NCBI GenBank assembly: GCA_037137755.1
Contig: JBAXJR010000003.1
Coordinates: forward strand, 32,001 to 96,000
Source: Methanomicrobiales archaeon
GTDB lineage: Archaea > Halobacteriota > Methanomicrobia > Methanomicrobiales > Methanospirillaceae
Reading direction: 5' to 3'
DNA: 64,000 nt
The position numbers and the translations under genes are program-made. The notes below the pieces were generated by a model. It was not told where the DNA came from. It did no database searches and worked only from the letters and a program-made list of their open reading frames with translations. Shown one piece after another: positions 50,435-61,493 of the stretch (position 1 is its first letter; each line of letters opens with the position of its first letter).

Positions 50435-51133
50435 CTACTTAGAAATCAGGAATCCGTTAGTTTGCATGAAGTACAATGCATTGCAGGGGTCATCGGTGAA
50501 GAATCCGTCAACTCCCATAATAAGAGCCATTTTTAGCTCACCCCAGGTGTTGAGGGTCCAGGGTAGGACCCGGTTTCCTGAATCATGAGCATGCCTTACA
50601 AGGTCCGGTGTAAGGATATCCAGCCGGGGAAGGATACAATCAAACGAAAACCCGCTCTCCTCAACATGATGGTTCCACTGGTTGTTCGGCACAATAATTC
50701 CGGTTTTTAAACCGGGAAGACATGTTTTCATTATTGACAGGCTCCCGCTATGAAATGAGACCGCCATAACATTTGCTACGATAAAATTTCCGAGGACGCT
50801 ACAAATAATTTCCTCGCTGCCTGGTTCTTTGATCTCTATAATAATCCCGCGGTTTCCCTGTATTACCACGGTAATCACTTCTTCAAGGGTAGGGATCTTT
50901 TCCCCGTTACCTGCATCAAGTTCTTTTAATTCTTTTAATGACAGGTCATTGACCTGTCCTGTACCGCTGGTGGTCCGGTCAAGTCTTGCGTCATGAATAA
51001 TAACCGGGATACCATCGCGGCTCAGCCTTACATCTACCTCAACATAGTCGGCACATACCATCCCGGCGCTGATTGCCTTCAGGGTGTTCTCCGGGGCTAT
51101 TGCCCGGGCTCCGCGGTGCCCAACTATCCACAT
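50435..51133 (-). CDS. Glycerophosphodiester phosphodiesterase
   Basis: GHRGA...PENTL, EVDV.LSRDG....HD, IEIK, WT.N, TDDP. Confidence 0.92.
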   Translation of the reverse strand: MWIVGHRGARAIAPENTLKAISAGMVCADYVEVDVRLSRDGIPVIIHDARLDRTTSGTGQVNDLSLKELKELDAGNGEKIPTLEEVITVVIQGNRGIIIEIKEPGSEEIICSVLGNFIVANVMAVSFHSGSLSIMKTCLPGLKTGIIVPNNQWNHHVEESGFSFDCILPRLDILTPDLVRHAHDSGNRVLPWTLNTWGELKMALIMGVDGFFTDDPCNALYFMQTNGFLISK

Positions 51134-51623
51134 CAGTACTACAGTCTCCTGGTTCTGGTTAATGGTAACCCCTCGTTGAAAAATACTTTGTCGTTGTACC
51201 CGGGAATGAAATATCCAGTGTATTTTTGTCATGAAAAAACAGTATGGAGATGGTGAAGGCAGTCCTGACCAGCTTTCAATAATCCCTTCCCTTATGAAAT
51301 GAAATAATATAATACTAATTCCTGGCCCTTTCTTTCGAAACTAAGTGAAATGGCACGCATCTAGAAATCATGTTATCCTAATCGTGATGAATGGTTGGAT
51401 AATCATTCGATGATGCAGTTGAACTCTTGGTGAGGTTTTACACGTATGACGGGAACGTATGTTTGTCAGGTATGCGGGCAGATTTATGGTCCCGCAGAGG
51501 GAGTTTTGGATGCAGTAATCTGTCCAGGCACAGCATTTGATTCACATCCCGGGACCTCTGGCATTTCCCAGCCTTTCGATCACCAAAAGAAAAGTTTACC
51601 ATGATGTAACGGGAAGTGCAATA

Positions 51624-52814
51624 ATGGTTATCAGAACTGTAACTCCGGACTGCTACTCGATCGCCGCGCTCGATTTTGACAGGCGGCTTTTTGATGCACT
51701 TGTCCCATTACCTGATGGAACAAGTTATAATGCCTATATAGTTAAAGGAAGCCAGAAGACTGCACTTATCGATACGGTTGACCCTTTAAAAGAGCTGGAA
51801 CTGGTTTCTGATCTAATCCGCCTTGGTGTTGATTCGATAGACTATGTAATTGTAAATCACGCTGAACAGGACCATGCGGGGTCCCTTCCTATGATCCTCG
51901 AGTTGTTTCCATCATCAAAGGTTGTGACAAACGAGAAATGCAGGGATCTCCTTATCAGTCACCTCGATCTGGAAGAAGAGCGGTTTATTACAATAAAAGA
52001 CCGCGAAACACTCTCCCTTGGAAATAAGACCCTTGAATTTATCATTACGCCATGGGTCCACTGGCCTGAAACGATGCTCACCTATCTCAGGGAGGACCGG
52101 GTACTTTTTTCATGCGACCTTTTCGGAACGCACTACGCAACTACTGACCTGTTCATGAAAGATGAAAAAATCATCTATATCGCCGCAAAACGATATTATG
52201 CGGAGATTATGATGCCCTTCCGGGCTAGCATCAAGGGGCATATGGAAAAAATCGGAGCAGTTGCTATTGATATTATCGCACCGAGTCATGGCCCGGTTTA
52301 CAATAACCCAGGTTTCATCATCAATGCGTATAATGAGTGGATATCAGATTCGGTGAAAAATGAAGTGGTAATCCCCTATGTATCGATGCATGGCAGTACA
52401 CGGAAGATGGTGGACTACCTGACAGGTGCATTAATTGAACGTGGCATTGCGGTGAAACCCTTTGATATGACAGTTACTGATACCGGGAACCTTGCCATGT
52501 CACTGGTTGATGCTGCGACGGTGGTAATCGCCACCCCTACTGTCCTGTTTGGTCCGCATCCGCAGATTGTCTATGCAACGTACCTTGCGAACATGCTCCA
52601 TCCCAAAGTGAAATTTGCATCTGTGATCGGTTCGTATGGCTGGGGGGGAAAGACGGTCGATGTGCTTAAATCCATGATGACTCACATCAAGCCTGAACTG
52701 CTCGAACCGGTGCTTGTCCAGGGATTACCAGGAGAAGCATGTATCAGGGATCTCGACCGTCTCGCAGACGATATTGCCCGGAAACACAAAGAAATAGGTA
52801 TGTTACCTCAATGA
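51624..52814 (+). CDS. fprA: Flavodiiron protein (A-type flavoprotein)
   Basis: GTSYNAY, NHAEQDH, HWPET, SCD.FG.H, PSHG, flavodoxin SMHGST and GSYGWGG. Confidence 0.93.
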   Translation: MVIRTVTPDCYSIAALDFDRRLFDALVPLPDGTSYNAYIVKGSQKTALIDTVDPLKELELVSDLIRLGVDSIDYVIVNHAEQDHAGSLPMILELFPSSKVVTNEKCRDLLISHLDLEEERFITIKDRETLSLGNKTLEFIITPWVHWPETMLTYLREDRVLFSCDLFGTHYATTDLFMKDEKIIYIAAKRYYAEIMMPFRASIKGHMEKIGAVAIDIIAPSHGPVYNNPGFIINAYNEWISDSVKNEVVIPYVSMHGSTRKMVDYLTGALIERGIAVKPFDMTVTDTGNLAMSLVDAATVVIATPTVLFGPHPQIVYATYLANMLHPKVKFASVIGSYGWGGKTVDVLKSMMTHIKPELLEPVLVQGLPGEACIRDLDRLADDIARKHKEIGMLPQ

Positions 52815-53038
52815 TTGCGTGAGAAAACAGTTGCCAGTACCCCTGGTTTATTTATTTTATTATGTTTCCATTCCTATTTGGTGCCCGTTTTAATAAGATA
52901 CCGTTTTAGCTGCTCCCAGGACTTTTTAATTATCGAACTATTAACCGACATTATTCCATGGCGGGCTCATAGAAAATCAATTATTTTTACTTTAACATCA
53001 GAAAATTGAATAACCTCACCGTCCAACCTGTTATCCCA

Positions 53039-53851
53039 ATGAAGCAGATCGCCCTGTACGGGAAGGGTGGGATCGGCAAGTCCACCACATCGGCCAACCT
53101 GTCAGCAGCGCTGGCAGAGAAGGGCCTCGATATACTCCAGATTGGGTGTGATCCCAAGCGTGACAGCACGAGAATGCTGATGCAGGGCAGGTTCATCCCT
53201 ACGGTAATGGACCATGTCAGGACAGAAGGTGATGCCGATGTCAGGCTGGAAGATATCATGTTTACCGGGTACCGCGGGGTCCGGTGCGTCGAAGCAGGAG
53301 GGCCTGAACCCGGTGTCGGGTGTGCCGGGCGGGGGATTATTGCCACCTTCCAGATCCTTGAACGCCTGGGTGCGTTGAAAGGCGATATCATTGTCTATGA
53401 TGTCCTCGGAGACGTTGTATGCGGGGGGTTTGCCATGCCGATGCGTGAAGGGTATGCGCAGGAGGTCTACCTTGTTACCTCCGGGGAACTCATGTCATTA
53501 TATGCGGCTAATAATATCTGCAAGGCGATTCAACGCCTCTCCCTGAGGGCGAAGAACCGGTGCCGCCTTGCGGGTGTGATCTGCAATTCAAAAAATATGG
53601 AAAATGAAGAGCAGCTCGTCGTCGAATTTTCGAGGCAAATCAACAGCCGGCTTATCCAGTTTATCCCCCGTGACAGGACTGTCCAGCTGGCCGAGGTTCA
53701 TAAAAAAACTGTGATTGAATATGCCCCTGAATCCACGCAGGCAGGGATTTACCGGTCTCTTGCAGGGATTGTTGCGACGAATGAACAGTTTACAATTCCC
53801 ACACCAATGAGTACCGATGACCTTGAATCCCTTGCCTTTGAGTACCTCTAG
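53039..53851 (+). CDS. NifH-like Fe protein (group IV nitrogenase-like reductase component)
   Basis: [44 protein letters not shown]. Confidence 0.93.
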   Translation: MKQIALYGKGGIGKSTTSANLSAALAEKGLDILQIGCDPKRDSTRMLMQGRFIPTVMDHVRTEGDADVRLEDIMFTGYRGVRCVEAGGPEPGVGCAGRGIIATFQILERLGALKGDIIVYDVLGDVVCGGFAMPMREGYAQEVYLVTSGELMSLYAANNICKAIQRLSLRAKNRCRLAGVICNSKNMENEEQLVVEFSRQINSRLIQFIPRDRTVQLAEVHKKTVIEYAPESTQAGIYRSLAGIVATNEQFTIPTPMSTDDLESLAFEYL

Positions 53852-54884
53852 GACCGGTGGCTGCACCCTTACCGGGGCGCTTTCGGTCACGACCGGGATT
53901 AAGGACTCGGTGACGATAATTCATGGCCCTCCTGGTTGTGCGCATCATAACTTTTCGCTCCTCCATGCGACAATCCTTGATAACGACTGCATGGTAATCC
54001 CGAAAGTCATGTCTTCAGGGCTTTCCGAACATGATGTGATATTCGGAGGTGAGGAAGCGCTTATGAAGGTGATCCAGCAGGTCGCATCCGGGGATCCAGG
54101 AATAATATTCGTTCTTTCGACCTGTATCACCGATACGATTGGCGATGATGTCCTGGCCGTTACGGAGAATGCGGGAGTTCCGGTCTGCATGGTACCTACC
54201 GGGGGATTTTTGGGAGGCGATTTCGAAAAAGGTTTTTCACGGGCGCTGATTGCAGTTTCAAACCTTGCACTTCCCATGATTATTCCTCCTGAACGGGACC
54301 TGGAAATTTCCGGCTCCGTTAATCTGATAGGAGAAAAAAACCTTGAGTATGAGGTGAAACAAAACTTCCTGGAAGTCAAGCGCCTGGTTTCCCTGCTTAA
54401 TCTTAGCATCAATCTTCGTTTTGCCCATGATATTACACGCTCCGATATTGACCGTCTCCCCCTTGCATCGGTGAATATTTTAAGAGAACCCGCACTATCA
54501 GGAGTCGGTGATCACCTGCTGTCCACATTCGGTACTCCGTACCTCAACTCATTTCCGCTCGGTATCCGCGGGACCCTGTCCTTTATCAGGAATATAGCTG
54601 CCCGGTCTGGATCTTCGCCGGATGAAGCGATCGATAGTGAAAAAGAACACCAGATGGAGATACTTAATGGATTTTCAGACCTCCGTGGTGCCCGTGTAAG
54701 ATTTACCATTCCGGCAGGGCACCCGGAATATCCCCTGGTTAAGGAGATCTCCATGGCTATCGGGTTTGAGGAATCCCCTGATGGCACCTTATTGCCGGTG
54801 CCTTATCCATTCCCGGTGGGGACAAGTGGAATGAAAAGGATGCTTCACCTCTGGAGGAGGACACTACCTTGCCTGGTTGCTTAA
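53817..54884 (+). CDS. Nitrogenase component 1-like subunit A, function unknown
   Basis: GC16TLTGA, HGPPGC41, DVIFGG, STC103[14 protein letters not shown]. Confidence 0.88.
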   Translation: MTLNPLPLSTSRTGGCTLTGALSVTTGIKDSVTIIHGPPGCAHHNFSLLHATILDNDCMVIPKVMSSGLSEHDVIFGGEEALMKVIQQVASGDPGIIFVLSTCITDTIGDDVLAVTENAGVPVCMVPTGGFLGGDFEKGFSRALIAVSNLALPMIIPPERDLEISGSVNLIGEKNLEYEVKQNFLEVKRLVSLLNLSINLRFAHDITRSDIDRLPLASVNILREPALSGVGDHLLSTFGTPYLNSFPLGIRGTLSFIRNIAARSGSSPDEAIDSEKEHQMEILNGFSDLRGARVRFTIPAGHPEYPLVKEISMAIGFEESPDGTLLPVPYPFPVGTSGMKRMLHLWRRTLPCLVA

Positions 54885-56005
54885 ACCCTGTATGGCCATG
54901 TGCGCTGACCGGGGCAGTTGCGGCTCTTTCCGGGTTTTCTGGCATCGCGGTAGTAATTCACGGCTCAAGTGGTTGTTATTTTTACCCTGCCACCTTATTG
55001 CACCATGATCTCCACAGCACCTTCCTTGTTGAACAGGAAGTGATTTTCGGTACGAGTGAACGGCTTGTTGAAGTTGTGAAGGACCTTTCCCTGACTTACA
55101 AAAAAGTGGCGGTGGTCAACTCGTGTGTCCCATCTGTTCTTGGTGAAGATGTCCGGGATATTCTTTTAGAATATGACATAATCTTCGTTGACAGCCCCGG
55201 ATTTACTGGTGACTTTGAGTCCGGTTATCTTCATGCAGTAAAAGACCTGCCTGTCTGTATGCAACAGGGTACAGAACAGGTGAATGTTGAAGGGGTAAAT
55301 CTTATCGACCCGTTTGCCCGCGGTAACCAGCGCGAAGCAGAACGGCTTCTTCAAATGGTGGGAGTTTCTGTAGGCACAGTCTTCTGCCATGATTCATACG
55401 AGTCGCTTAACAATGCAGCCGGCTATTCAGTTACGGTAAATCCGGACCTCCCTGCAGGTTATGGGTGTCAACTTGGCTCTCTCCTCGGCCTTCCTTCACT
55501 ACGAAAAACGGTAAATAACCTGGCAGACAGGTTTTGTAATGCAGATATCGTGGGAATTGAATCCGAGATACTCATGGTCGAAGAACGGATTACAAAAGCA
55601 GCTGACAAGTACCTGAAACGGTTTGATCCTCCATCAGTAGCCATTTTCTCCACCTGTTCATACTCAGGATTTGCCGCTGCCACGTTACACCAGTACCTTG
55701 ATGCGGATATTGTGTTTTGCGGGTCACGAAATGAACCGCAGCCTGCCTGTACAAACGCCATCAGGGTAACTTCTCTGGAAATAATTGAGGAAACAATTCA
55801 TGAGCATGCTCCCGATCTGGTCCTCGGGTCGACCTTTGAACGTTCTGTTGCAGGAAATGCCGCATTTTTCGGGCTCACCCCTCCAATCCGTGGGGAGTTC
55901 CGGCTTTCATCAAAACCACTCGCCGGTACGGAAGGTGAACTGGTGTTCATGGAAGACATTCTGAATGCCTGTATGGACCGCCAGCAACGGAACCCAGTGA
56001 AATAG
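54869..56005 (+). CDS. Nitrogenase component 1-like subunit B, function unknown
   Basis: PC11ALTGA, HGSSGC36, EVIFG, NSC86VPSVLGED, DSPGF.G, PDLVLGSTFER. Confidence 0.88.
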   Translation: MPGCLNPVWPCALTGAVAALSGFSGIAVVIHGSSGCYFYPATLLHHDLHSTFLVEQEVIFGTSERLVEVVKDLSLTYKKVAVVNSCVPSVLGEDVRDILLEYDIIFVDSPGFTGDFESGYLHAVKDLPVCMQQGTEQVNVEGVNLIDPFARGNQREAERLLQMVGVSVGTVFCHDSYESLNNAAGYSVTVNPDLPAGYGCQLGSLLGLPSLRKTVNNLADRFCNADIVGIESEILMVEERITKAADKYLKRFDPPSVAIFSTCSYSGFAAATLHQYLDADIVFCGSRNEPQPACTNAIRVTSLEIIEETIHEHAPDLVLGSTFERSVAGNAAFFGLTPPIRGEFRLSSKPLAGTEGELVFMEDILNACMDRQQRNPVK

Positions 56006-56122
56006 CCATCGATAACGATTTATTTACCTCTTCTGCTTCATGTGTATTTTCCATCACTTTCACCCTGCGCATATCGAGAATTTATATATCGCGATAATAA
56101 GAGTGGATCTTTGGCAGATGAA

Positions 56123-56551
56123 ATGACCATGATTTCAAAAGCAGGATACTTTCAGCAGAACGGGTATGCAGCACTTGATGACGAAGGAACGCCAAAACAG
56201 ATCGCTGAGCTCAATATCCGCGGAACAAAATACGGGATCCGGCTCGATGAATTGAAGGAGGCCCTGTATGGTCACCACCCGGCACGGGTTGAGCGGGTAT
56301 TTCAGAACTGGCAACAGTACCTGGGTGGCATTGCAGGACTTGCCCACATATCCCGCTCGGGAAAGGCATTGAATATTGAACTTGTTGAAGGGGGAAGATA
56401 TACCGTTGCCCTTGACTCTCTGGTTTCAGCACTTTCCCGGCGAGGTGTATATGCATCGGTTGGAGAGATTCCGGAACCCGTCTCATCATGGGATATCAGG
56501 GGAAGAAAAATCGCACACGGTCAGCAGACAATCCCGGTGCATGTGACATAA
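56123..56551 (+). CDS. Hypothetical protein with an internal two-fold repeat
   Basis: LNIRGTKYGIRLDELKEAL versus LNIELVEGGRYTVALDSLVSAL. Confidence 0.6.
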   Translation: MTMISKAGYFQQNGYAALDDEGTPKQIAELNIRGTKYGIRLDELKEALYGHHPARVERVFQNWQQYLGGIAGLAHISRSGKALNIELVEGGRYTVALDSLVSALSRRGVYASVGEIPEPVSSWDIRGRKIAHGQQTIPVHVT

Positions 56552-56596
56552 GCTGGAACTATTCCATTGTCTGAATATAAAAAAATGAGATGAAAA

Positions 56597-57712
56597 TCAG
56601 GTCTTTACAATAATCTCTGCAATTGCATCCCCGACCCCGGTGGTCCCTGACTGGCCCCCCATATCTTTTGTTACATTTCCAGCCAGGATGCATTTCTCGA
56701 TTGCGTTGACAATTGCACCGGCAGCTTGATGCTCACCGATATGGTCAAGGAGCATGGAACCCGCCCAGATGGTGGCCATCGGGTTCGCTACCCCTAAACC
56801 CTTGTACTTTGGAGCAGATCCATGGATGGGTTCAAACATCGAGGTCCCTTCCGGATTGATGTTCCCGCCCGGGGCAAGGCCAAGCCCTCCCTGTATCATT
56901 GCACCGAGATCGGTGATAATATCGCCAAACATGTTCGGGGTGACCACGACATCGAACCACTCCGGGTTCTTTACGAACCACATCGTGATGGCATCGACAA
57001 AATTAAACTCAGTCGTTATTCCGGGGTGCCTGGCTGATCTTTCGAGGAAGACGTCCCGCCATAGGCCATACATATCAGAAAGCACGTTTGCCTTGTCTAC
57101 GGATGTTAATTTCTTCTTTCGTTTCTCTGCAAGGTTAAATGAATAATCTATGACACGACGTGCTCCTTCCCTGGTAATAACCCCGATCTGGTAGGCGATC
57201 TCTTCCGCATCGCTCTCCACATCGAGATCAAATTTTACGTTATAGAGCTCGCGGTTGATTAATAGTTCAATTTTCTGTTGTTGTTTGAACCGGGAACCAA
57301 TGCCAACGTAGAAATCCTCGGTGTTTTCTCTCACCACGATAAAATCAATATCTTCAGGACGCTTCCCTGCAAGTGGTGTAGCCACACCTTCAAGCAGGCG
57401 GATTGGTCTCAGATTAATATATTGATCAAAGTAAAAGCGCAAGGATAAAAGGATTCCCTTCTCCAGGATACCCGGTTTTACCCGTTCATCTCCTATTGCC
57501 CCGAAATAAATTGCCGGAAACGCTGATAATTCTTTTAAGTCTTTCTCGGTCAGGAGAGTACCGGTTTTGAGGTATCGTTCTGCACCGATATCAAAGTCAG
57601 TCCACTGGATATCAAAGTTAAACCGCTCACCGGCGGCATCCAGGACTTTTTTTCCTTCAAGAATGATTTCCGGGCCGATACCATCCCCGCCTATTGATGC
57701 GATGCGATACAA
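56597..57712 (-). CDS. leuB: 3-isopropylmalate dehydrogenase (beta-decarboxylating dehydrogenase family)
   Basis: [39 protein letters not shown]; follows leuCD. Confidence 0.78.
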   Translation of the reverse strand: MYRIASIGGDGIGPEIILEGKKVLDAAGERFNFDIQWTDFDIGAERYLKTGTLLTEKDLKELSAFPAIYFGAIGDERVKPGILEKGILLSLRFYFDQYINLRPIRLLEGVATPLAGKRPEDIDFIVVRENTEDFYVGIGSRFKQQQKIELLINRELYNVKFDLDVESDAEEIAYQIGVITREGARRVIDYSFNLAEKRKKKLTSVDKANVLSDMYGLWRDVFLERSARHPGITTEFNFVDAITMWFVKNPEWFDVVVTPNMFGDIITDLGAMIQGGLGLAPGGNINPEGTSMFEPIHGSAPKYKGLGVANPMATIWAGSMLLDHIGEHQAAGAIVNAIEKCILAGNVTKDMGGQSGTTGVGDAIAEIIVKT

Positions 57713-58188
57713 ACCGGCACCTCCTGGAATTCCCGGGCATATTCTACGAGGCCCCCGGATGTTACTATTTTCATCAGGAACTCCGGAATTGGCTCTATAG
57801 GGAATTTCTGTCCTTCAACGATAAGATAACCCCCGGTTAAATCAACCATTACACTATTCCCTTCGATAATGGAATCGGCCTTATCGCAGACTACGGGAAG
57901 CAGGCCCACATTTATCGCATTGCGGTAAAAAATCCGAGCAAATGATTCGGCAATCACCATGGTGATTCCGGCACCTTTCAATGCAATCGGTGCATGCTCA
58001 CGGGATGAGCCGCATCCAAAATTCTTGCCTGCAACAATAATGTCTCCGGGTTTCACTTCACTGGTAAATTCATCCCGTATGCCTTCAAATGCATGTTTTG
58101 CAAGCTCATGGGGGTCGTAAATGGTAAGGAACCTTCCTGGTATTATTGCATCTGTGTCGATATTATCTCCAAACTTCCATACTCTCAT
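57691..58188 (-). CDS. leuD: Isopropylmalate isomerase small subunit (LeuD/AksE family)
   Basis: [26 protein letters not shown]; the loop reads FLTI rather than the homoaconitase-type YLRT. Confidence 0.75.
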   Translation of the reverse strand: MRVWKFGDNIDTDAIIPGRFLTIYDPHELAKHAFEGIRDEFTSEVKPGDIIVAGKNFGCGSSREHAPIALKGAGITMVIAESFARIFYRNAINVGLLPVVCDKADSIIEGNSVMVDLTGGYLIVEGQKFPIEPIPEFLMKIVTSGGLVEYAREFQEVPVCIASHQ

Positions 58189-59441
58189 TATTCCACCTCC
58201 CTTGGATCGGTTATTTCACCATAGATACCACTCGCTGCTGCCGTGGCAGGTGAACAAAGGTAGACCGATGCACCGGTACTACCCTGCCTGCCCTTAAAAT
58301 TGCGGTTGGACGTGGAGAGAGAGACCTCTCCGGGGGCCAGGAGCCCGAATGCGCCTCCCATACATGGTCCGCAACAGGGTGCTTCAACAAGAGCCCCGGC
58401 GGTAACAAAGCGTTCTACCAGTCCTGCACGCAGCGTCTTTAAATATTCCTGCCGTGATGCAGGTATAATGATGACCCTGACATTATCTGAGAATTTCCTG
58501 TTCCCAAGTACTTCTGCAACCTCAACAAAGTCTTCAAACCGCCCGTTCGTACATGAACCGATAAATACCTGGTCCACTTTCGTCCCGGCAACGTTGGTCA
58601 CATCGACTCCGAGGTCGACATTATGTGGTTCTGCGACCTGTGGTGCGAGATTTTTCACATCATAGGTGCGGTCCTCAGTAAAGGACGCGTTATTGTCGCT
58701 CTCCAGTGAAAAAGGGACAATTTTCCGTACCCTGCTAATATAGTCCCAGGTAATAGCATCCGGAGGTACTATCCCCGCCTTTGCTCCCATCTCGATTGCC
58801 ATGTTGCAGCAGGTCATACGCCCTGACATGTCCATGGCCTTCATGGTAGTTCCGATAAATTCAATCGCCTTGTACGTCGCACCGTCTGCCCCTATATCTG
58901 CAGCTATTGAGAGGATCAGGTCTTTAGGCCCCACTCTTTTCTGGAACGCTCCATTTGCAGTTACCCTGATAGTTTCCGGTATGCGGAAATATAATGCCCC
59001 GAATTTCAGGGCAAATCCCATGTCCGTGGAGCCGATACCTGTAGCAAATGCTCCTGCGGCGCCATACATGCAGGTGTGGGAATCAGCACCCACGACGATT
59101 TCACCCGGAGCTGCTTTACCCATCTCCATGGTCACCTGGTGGCAGACACCCTCCCGGAGGTCATAATTGAAAATTCCCTGCTCTTTAGCAAAATTTCTCA
59201 TATATACATGATTTTCGGCAGCCTCTATCGAGTCAGCAGGGATCTGGTGGTCAAAGAGCATGGTGATCCGTTCGGGGTCATGGACATGTTTCCCCCCCAT
59301 TTCGTAAAATTTTCGGATTGCAAGTGGTCCGGTGATATCGTGGATCATGGCGTTATCAACAGGCGCCATCACTACCTCACCTGCACAGACATCCTTTTTG
59401 CATTTCATCGAAAATATCTTTTCAACTATCGTTGCACCCAT
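58188..59441 (-). CDS. leuC: Isopropylmalate isomerase large subunit (LeuC/AksD family)
   Basis: DSHTC, IGSCTNGR, CGPCMG, SNRNF.GR. Confidence 0.78.
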   Translation of the reverse strand: MGATIVEKIFSMKCKKDVCAGEVVMAPVDNAMIHDITGPLAIRKFYEMGGKHVHDPERITMLFDHQIPADSIEAAENHVYMRNFAKEQGIFNYDLREGVCHQVTMEMGKAAPGEIVVGADSHTCMYGAAGAFATGIGSTDMGFALKFGALYFRIPETIRVTANGAFQKRVGPKDLILSIAADIGADGATYKAIEFIGTTMKAMDMSGRMTCCNMAIEMGAKAGIVPPDAITWDYISRVRKIVPFSLESDNNASFTEDRTYDVKNLAPQVAEPHNVDLGVDVTNVAGTKVDQVFIGSCTNGRFEDFVEVAEVLGNRKFSDNVRVIIIPASRQEYLKTLRAGLVERFVTAGALVEAPCCGPCMGGAFGLLAPGEVSLSTSNRNFKGRQGSTGASVYLCSPATAAASGIYGEITDPREVE

Positions 59442-59729
59442 GCTCGATCACCTTTTCTATTTGATTTTTTATTATATTCCACTTTGGGTTGACTTCTGTT
59501 AATAAAAGCCGTTACCTTCAGGTTATACTACCTCCAGTGATATTGACGACGGATTATTATGGTAATCAAATGTAAGGTAATGCTATTTTGGTCATTTCAG
59601 GCAGGGATAGGAAACGAGGTACAAAAAAATCCTGATAGGATATGGTTCACAGGTAACATTACACCTACAGATTTTGCAAACAGCAGAAGGTCTATTATAT
59701 CCGGAAAAGACACAAAGTCGACGATTTAT

Positions 59730-60470
59730 ATGCGAAAGCAATTGATGCTACGAGGTATGGTATGCATGTTCCTGATAGTCCTCACCCTAGGGACTGTTAC
59801 CGCCGCAACAGGCAATTCATTGGAAAATAATGCAATTACAAAGCAGTGCAACAGCAGAACTCCTGGTTACACCCGACGTTGCGGAAGTCTTACTATTCAG
59901 TCCAGACACAACGTGCTGATGTCAAGGTAACCCCGAGTGAAAATGTGAAAATAATGACTGATATATTGAATTCTCTGGTGAATGCCGGAGTACTAAAAGA
60001 TCAGAGTAACACGACCGGGTATACTATTTACCAATCTATGAAGACAATAGCAACAAACTGTTTTCCAGGAAAGTCAGGATGTACCTGGTTACCAATACCT
60101 TCGTTATCACGTTAAACGATATCAGTCGGGCGGGGGATGTAATAGATATCTCGGTTGCTTATGGTGCAAACCAGGTCAATTACAGCTCTTTTATACTTGC
60201 TGCCGAAACTGCACAGTCCCATCGTAGTGTTGCCCCGGCAAAGGCGGTTCAGCCGACGAGGGCTGATGTCAATACTGCTGCGAGAGCGATCGGTGTAAAC
60301 ATTACCGGTGAAAAAGAGGCGTTATCGGTAGCAGTCTGACGCCTGTAGTCTATGATAGTTAAGGTCATTGAAGATGGAAGGTGGTGCATCATCAGTCTTG
60401 TCTATGCCGATCACACCAGGTGATGTGAAGGTGTCTGCATTCTGTCATGGTAAGCTATCTTTTACGTTAA
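59730..60470 (+). pseudogene. SIMPL (DUF541) domain protein, multiply frameshifted
   Basis: Fragments in different frames: signal peptide, VTNTF.ITL.D....G.VID..V..GANQVN, and PITPGDVKVSA near the end. Confidence 0.75.
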
Positions 60471-60602
60471 TACCCGTTCCCCAGTCCAACGGGTACATCA
60501 GTTTTTTTATTTAATCCAATAAAATCCGGTTAAATTTGTTGGATTGTACCGTTAATAACAATTTTAATGCTTGAGGCCGTAACTTATGTCGGATTTAAAA
60601 TA

Positions 60603-61046
60603 ATGGAAAGAAATATTGGGTTCAAAGAGAGGAGATATATCGAGGAATTACGGATCCTCACGAAGTCAACAGCACTTGATTGTGTGATAGACGAGCGTTT
60701 CTGCCGTGTTATATATGTTGTAAAAATCGGGGACATGGGTCTTGCCATTGGAAAAAAGGGGGAAAATATCCGAAGAATGCAGAGTGTGCTTGGAAAACGG
60801 GTTGAGATGGTTGAGTATGCTGATTCAATGGATGAATTCGTGGCGAATGTGTTCCGGCCAGCTGAAATAGATCACATCCAGAAGAAGGACGGCGATCTAC
60901 AGGTAGATGTGTTTCTTAAGAAAAAAAATGACCTTGGTATCGCTATTGGCAAAGGGGGATGTAATATAGAGAAAGGCCGGGTACTACTGAAACGATTTTT
61001 TGGTTCTGATTTATGCGAAGTCCTTGTTGAAGGTGGGATCGAATGA
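60603..61046 (+). CDS. nusA: Archaeal NusA-like KH protein
   Basis: DC.IDE, MGLAIGKKGENI, LGIAIGKGG.NI. Confidence 0.88.
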   Translation: MERNIGFKERRYIEELRILTKSTALDCVIDERFCRVIYVVKIGDMGLAIGKKGENIRRMQSVLGKRVEMVEYADSMDEFVANVFRPAEIDHIQKKDGDLQVDVFLKKKNDLGIAIGKGGCNIEKGRVLLKRFFGSDLCEVLVEGGIE

Positions 61047-61336
61047 GTGATACAGACGTCCTCGAAGAACTGTTCAGGGTAATCGATGACAGGATCGTCA
61101 ACCCAAAACCCGGGTCGTATGTGACCAGTCTTGTGACCGACCCGAAAGGGATTGATAAAGTCCTTGAAAAGGTTGGGGAGGAGACAACAGAGTTCATTAT
61201 TGCTGTGAAAAATGGATTCCCTGCACGCACGGTTGAAGAGGCTGCAGACCTTCAGTTCCACCTTCTGATAGCACTCCGCCTTGCGGGAATAGACCTGTCC
61301 GACCTTATGAAAGAGTTGAAAAAACGCAGGAAATAA
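61043..61336 (+). CDS. hisE: Phosphoribosyl-ATP pyrophosphatase
   Basis: SYV..L, KVGEE..E, EAADL.FH. Confidence 0.93.
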   Translation: MSDTDVLEELFRVIDDRIVNPKPGSYVTSLVTDPKGIDKVLEKVGEETTEFIIAVKNGFPARTVEEAADLQFHLLIALRLAGIDLSDLMKELKKRRK

Positions 61337-61493
61337 GAATTCTTTGCTGGATATAACTTTTTACATAATTTTTTGAGTCCTTATTGTTATAACCCGGTTT
61401 TAAAAAACAAGGTATTTTTTTAATGTATTTTTCAATAGCCAAGGATATCGGGCTGGTTATTCTGCCCGTTCCTATAATGTTTTCCCCTTATTT

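Noticed and set aside
51380-51435. Box C/D sRNA starting at GTGATGA
   Set aside because: No properly placed CTGA D or D' boxes
53039-56005. Bona fide nitrogenase, or the F430 enzyme CfbCD
   Set aside because: Subunits are too short and nif accessory genes are absent; two different three-Cys subunits do not match homomeric CfbD
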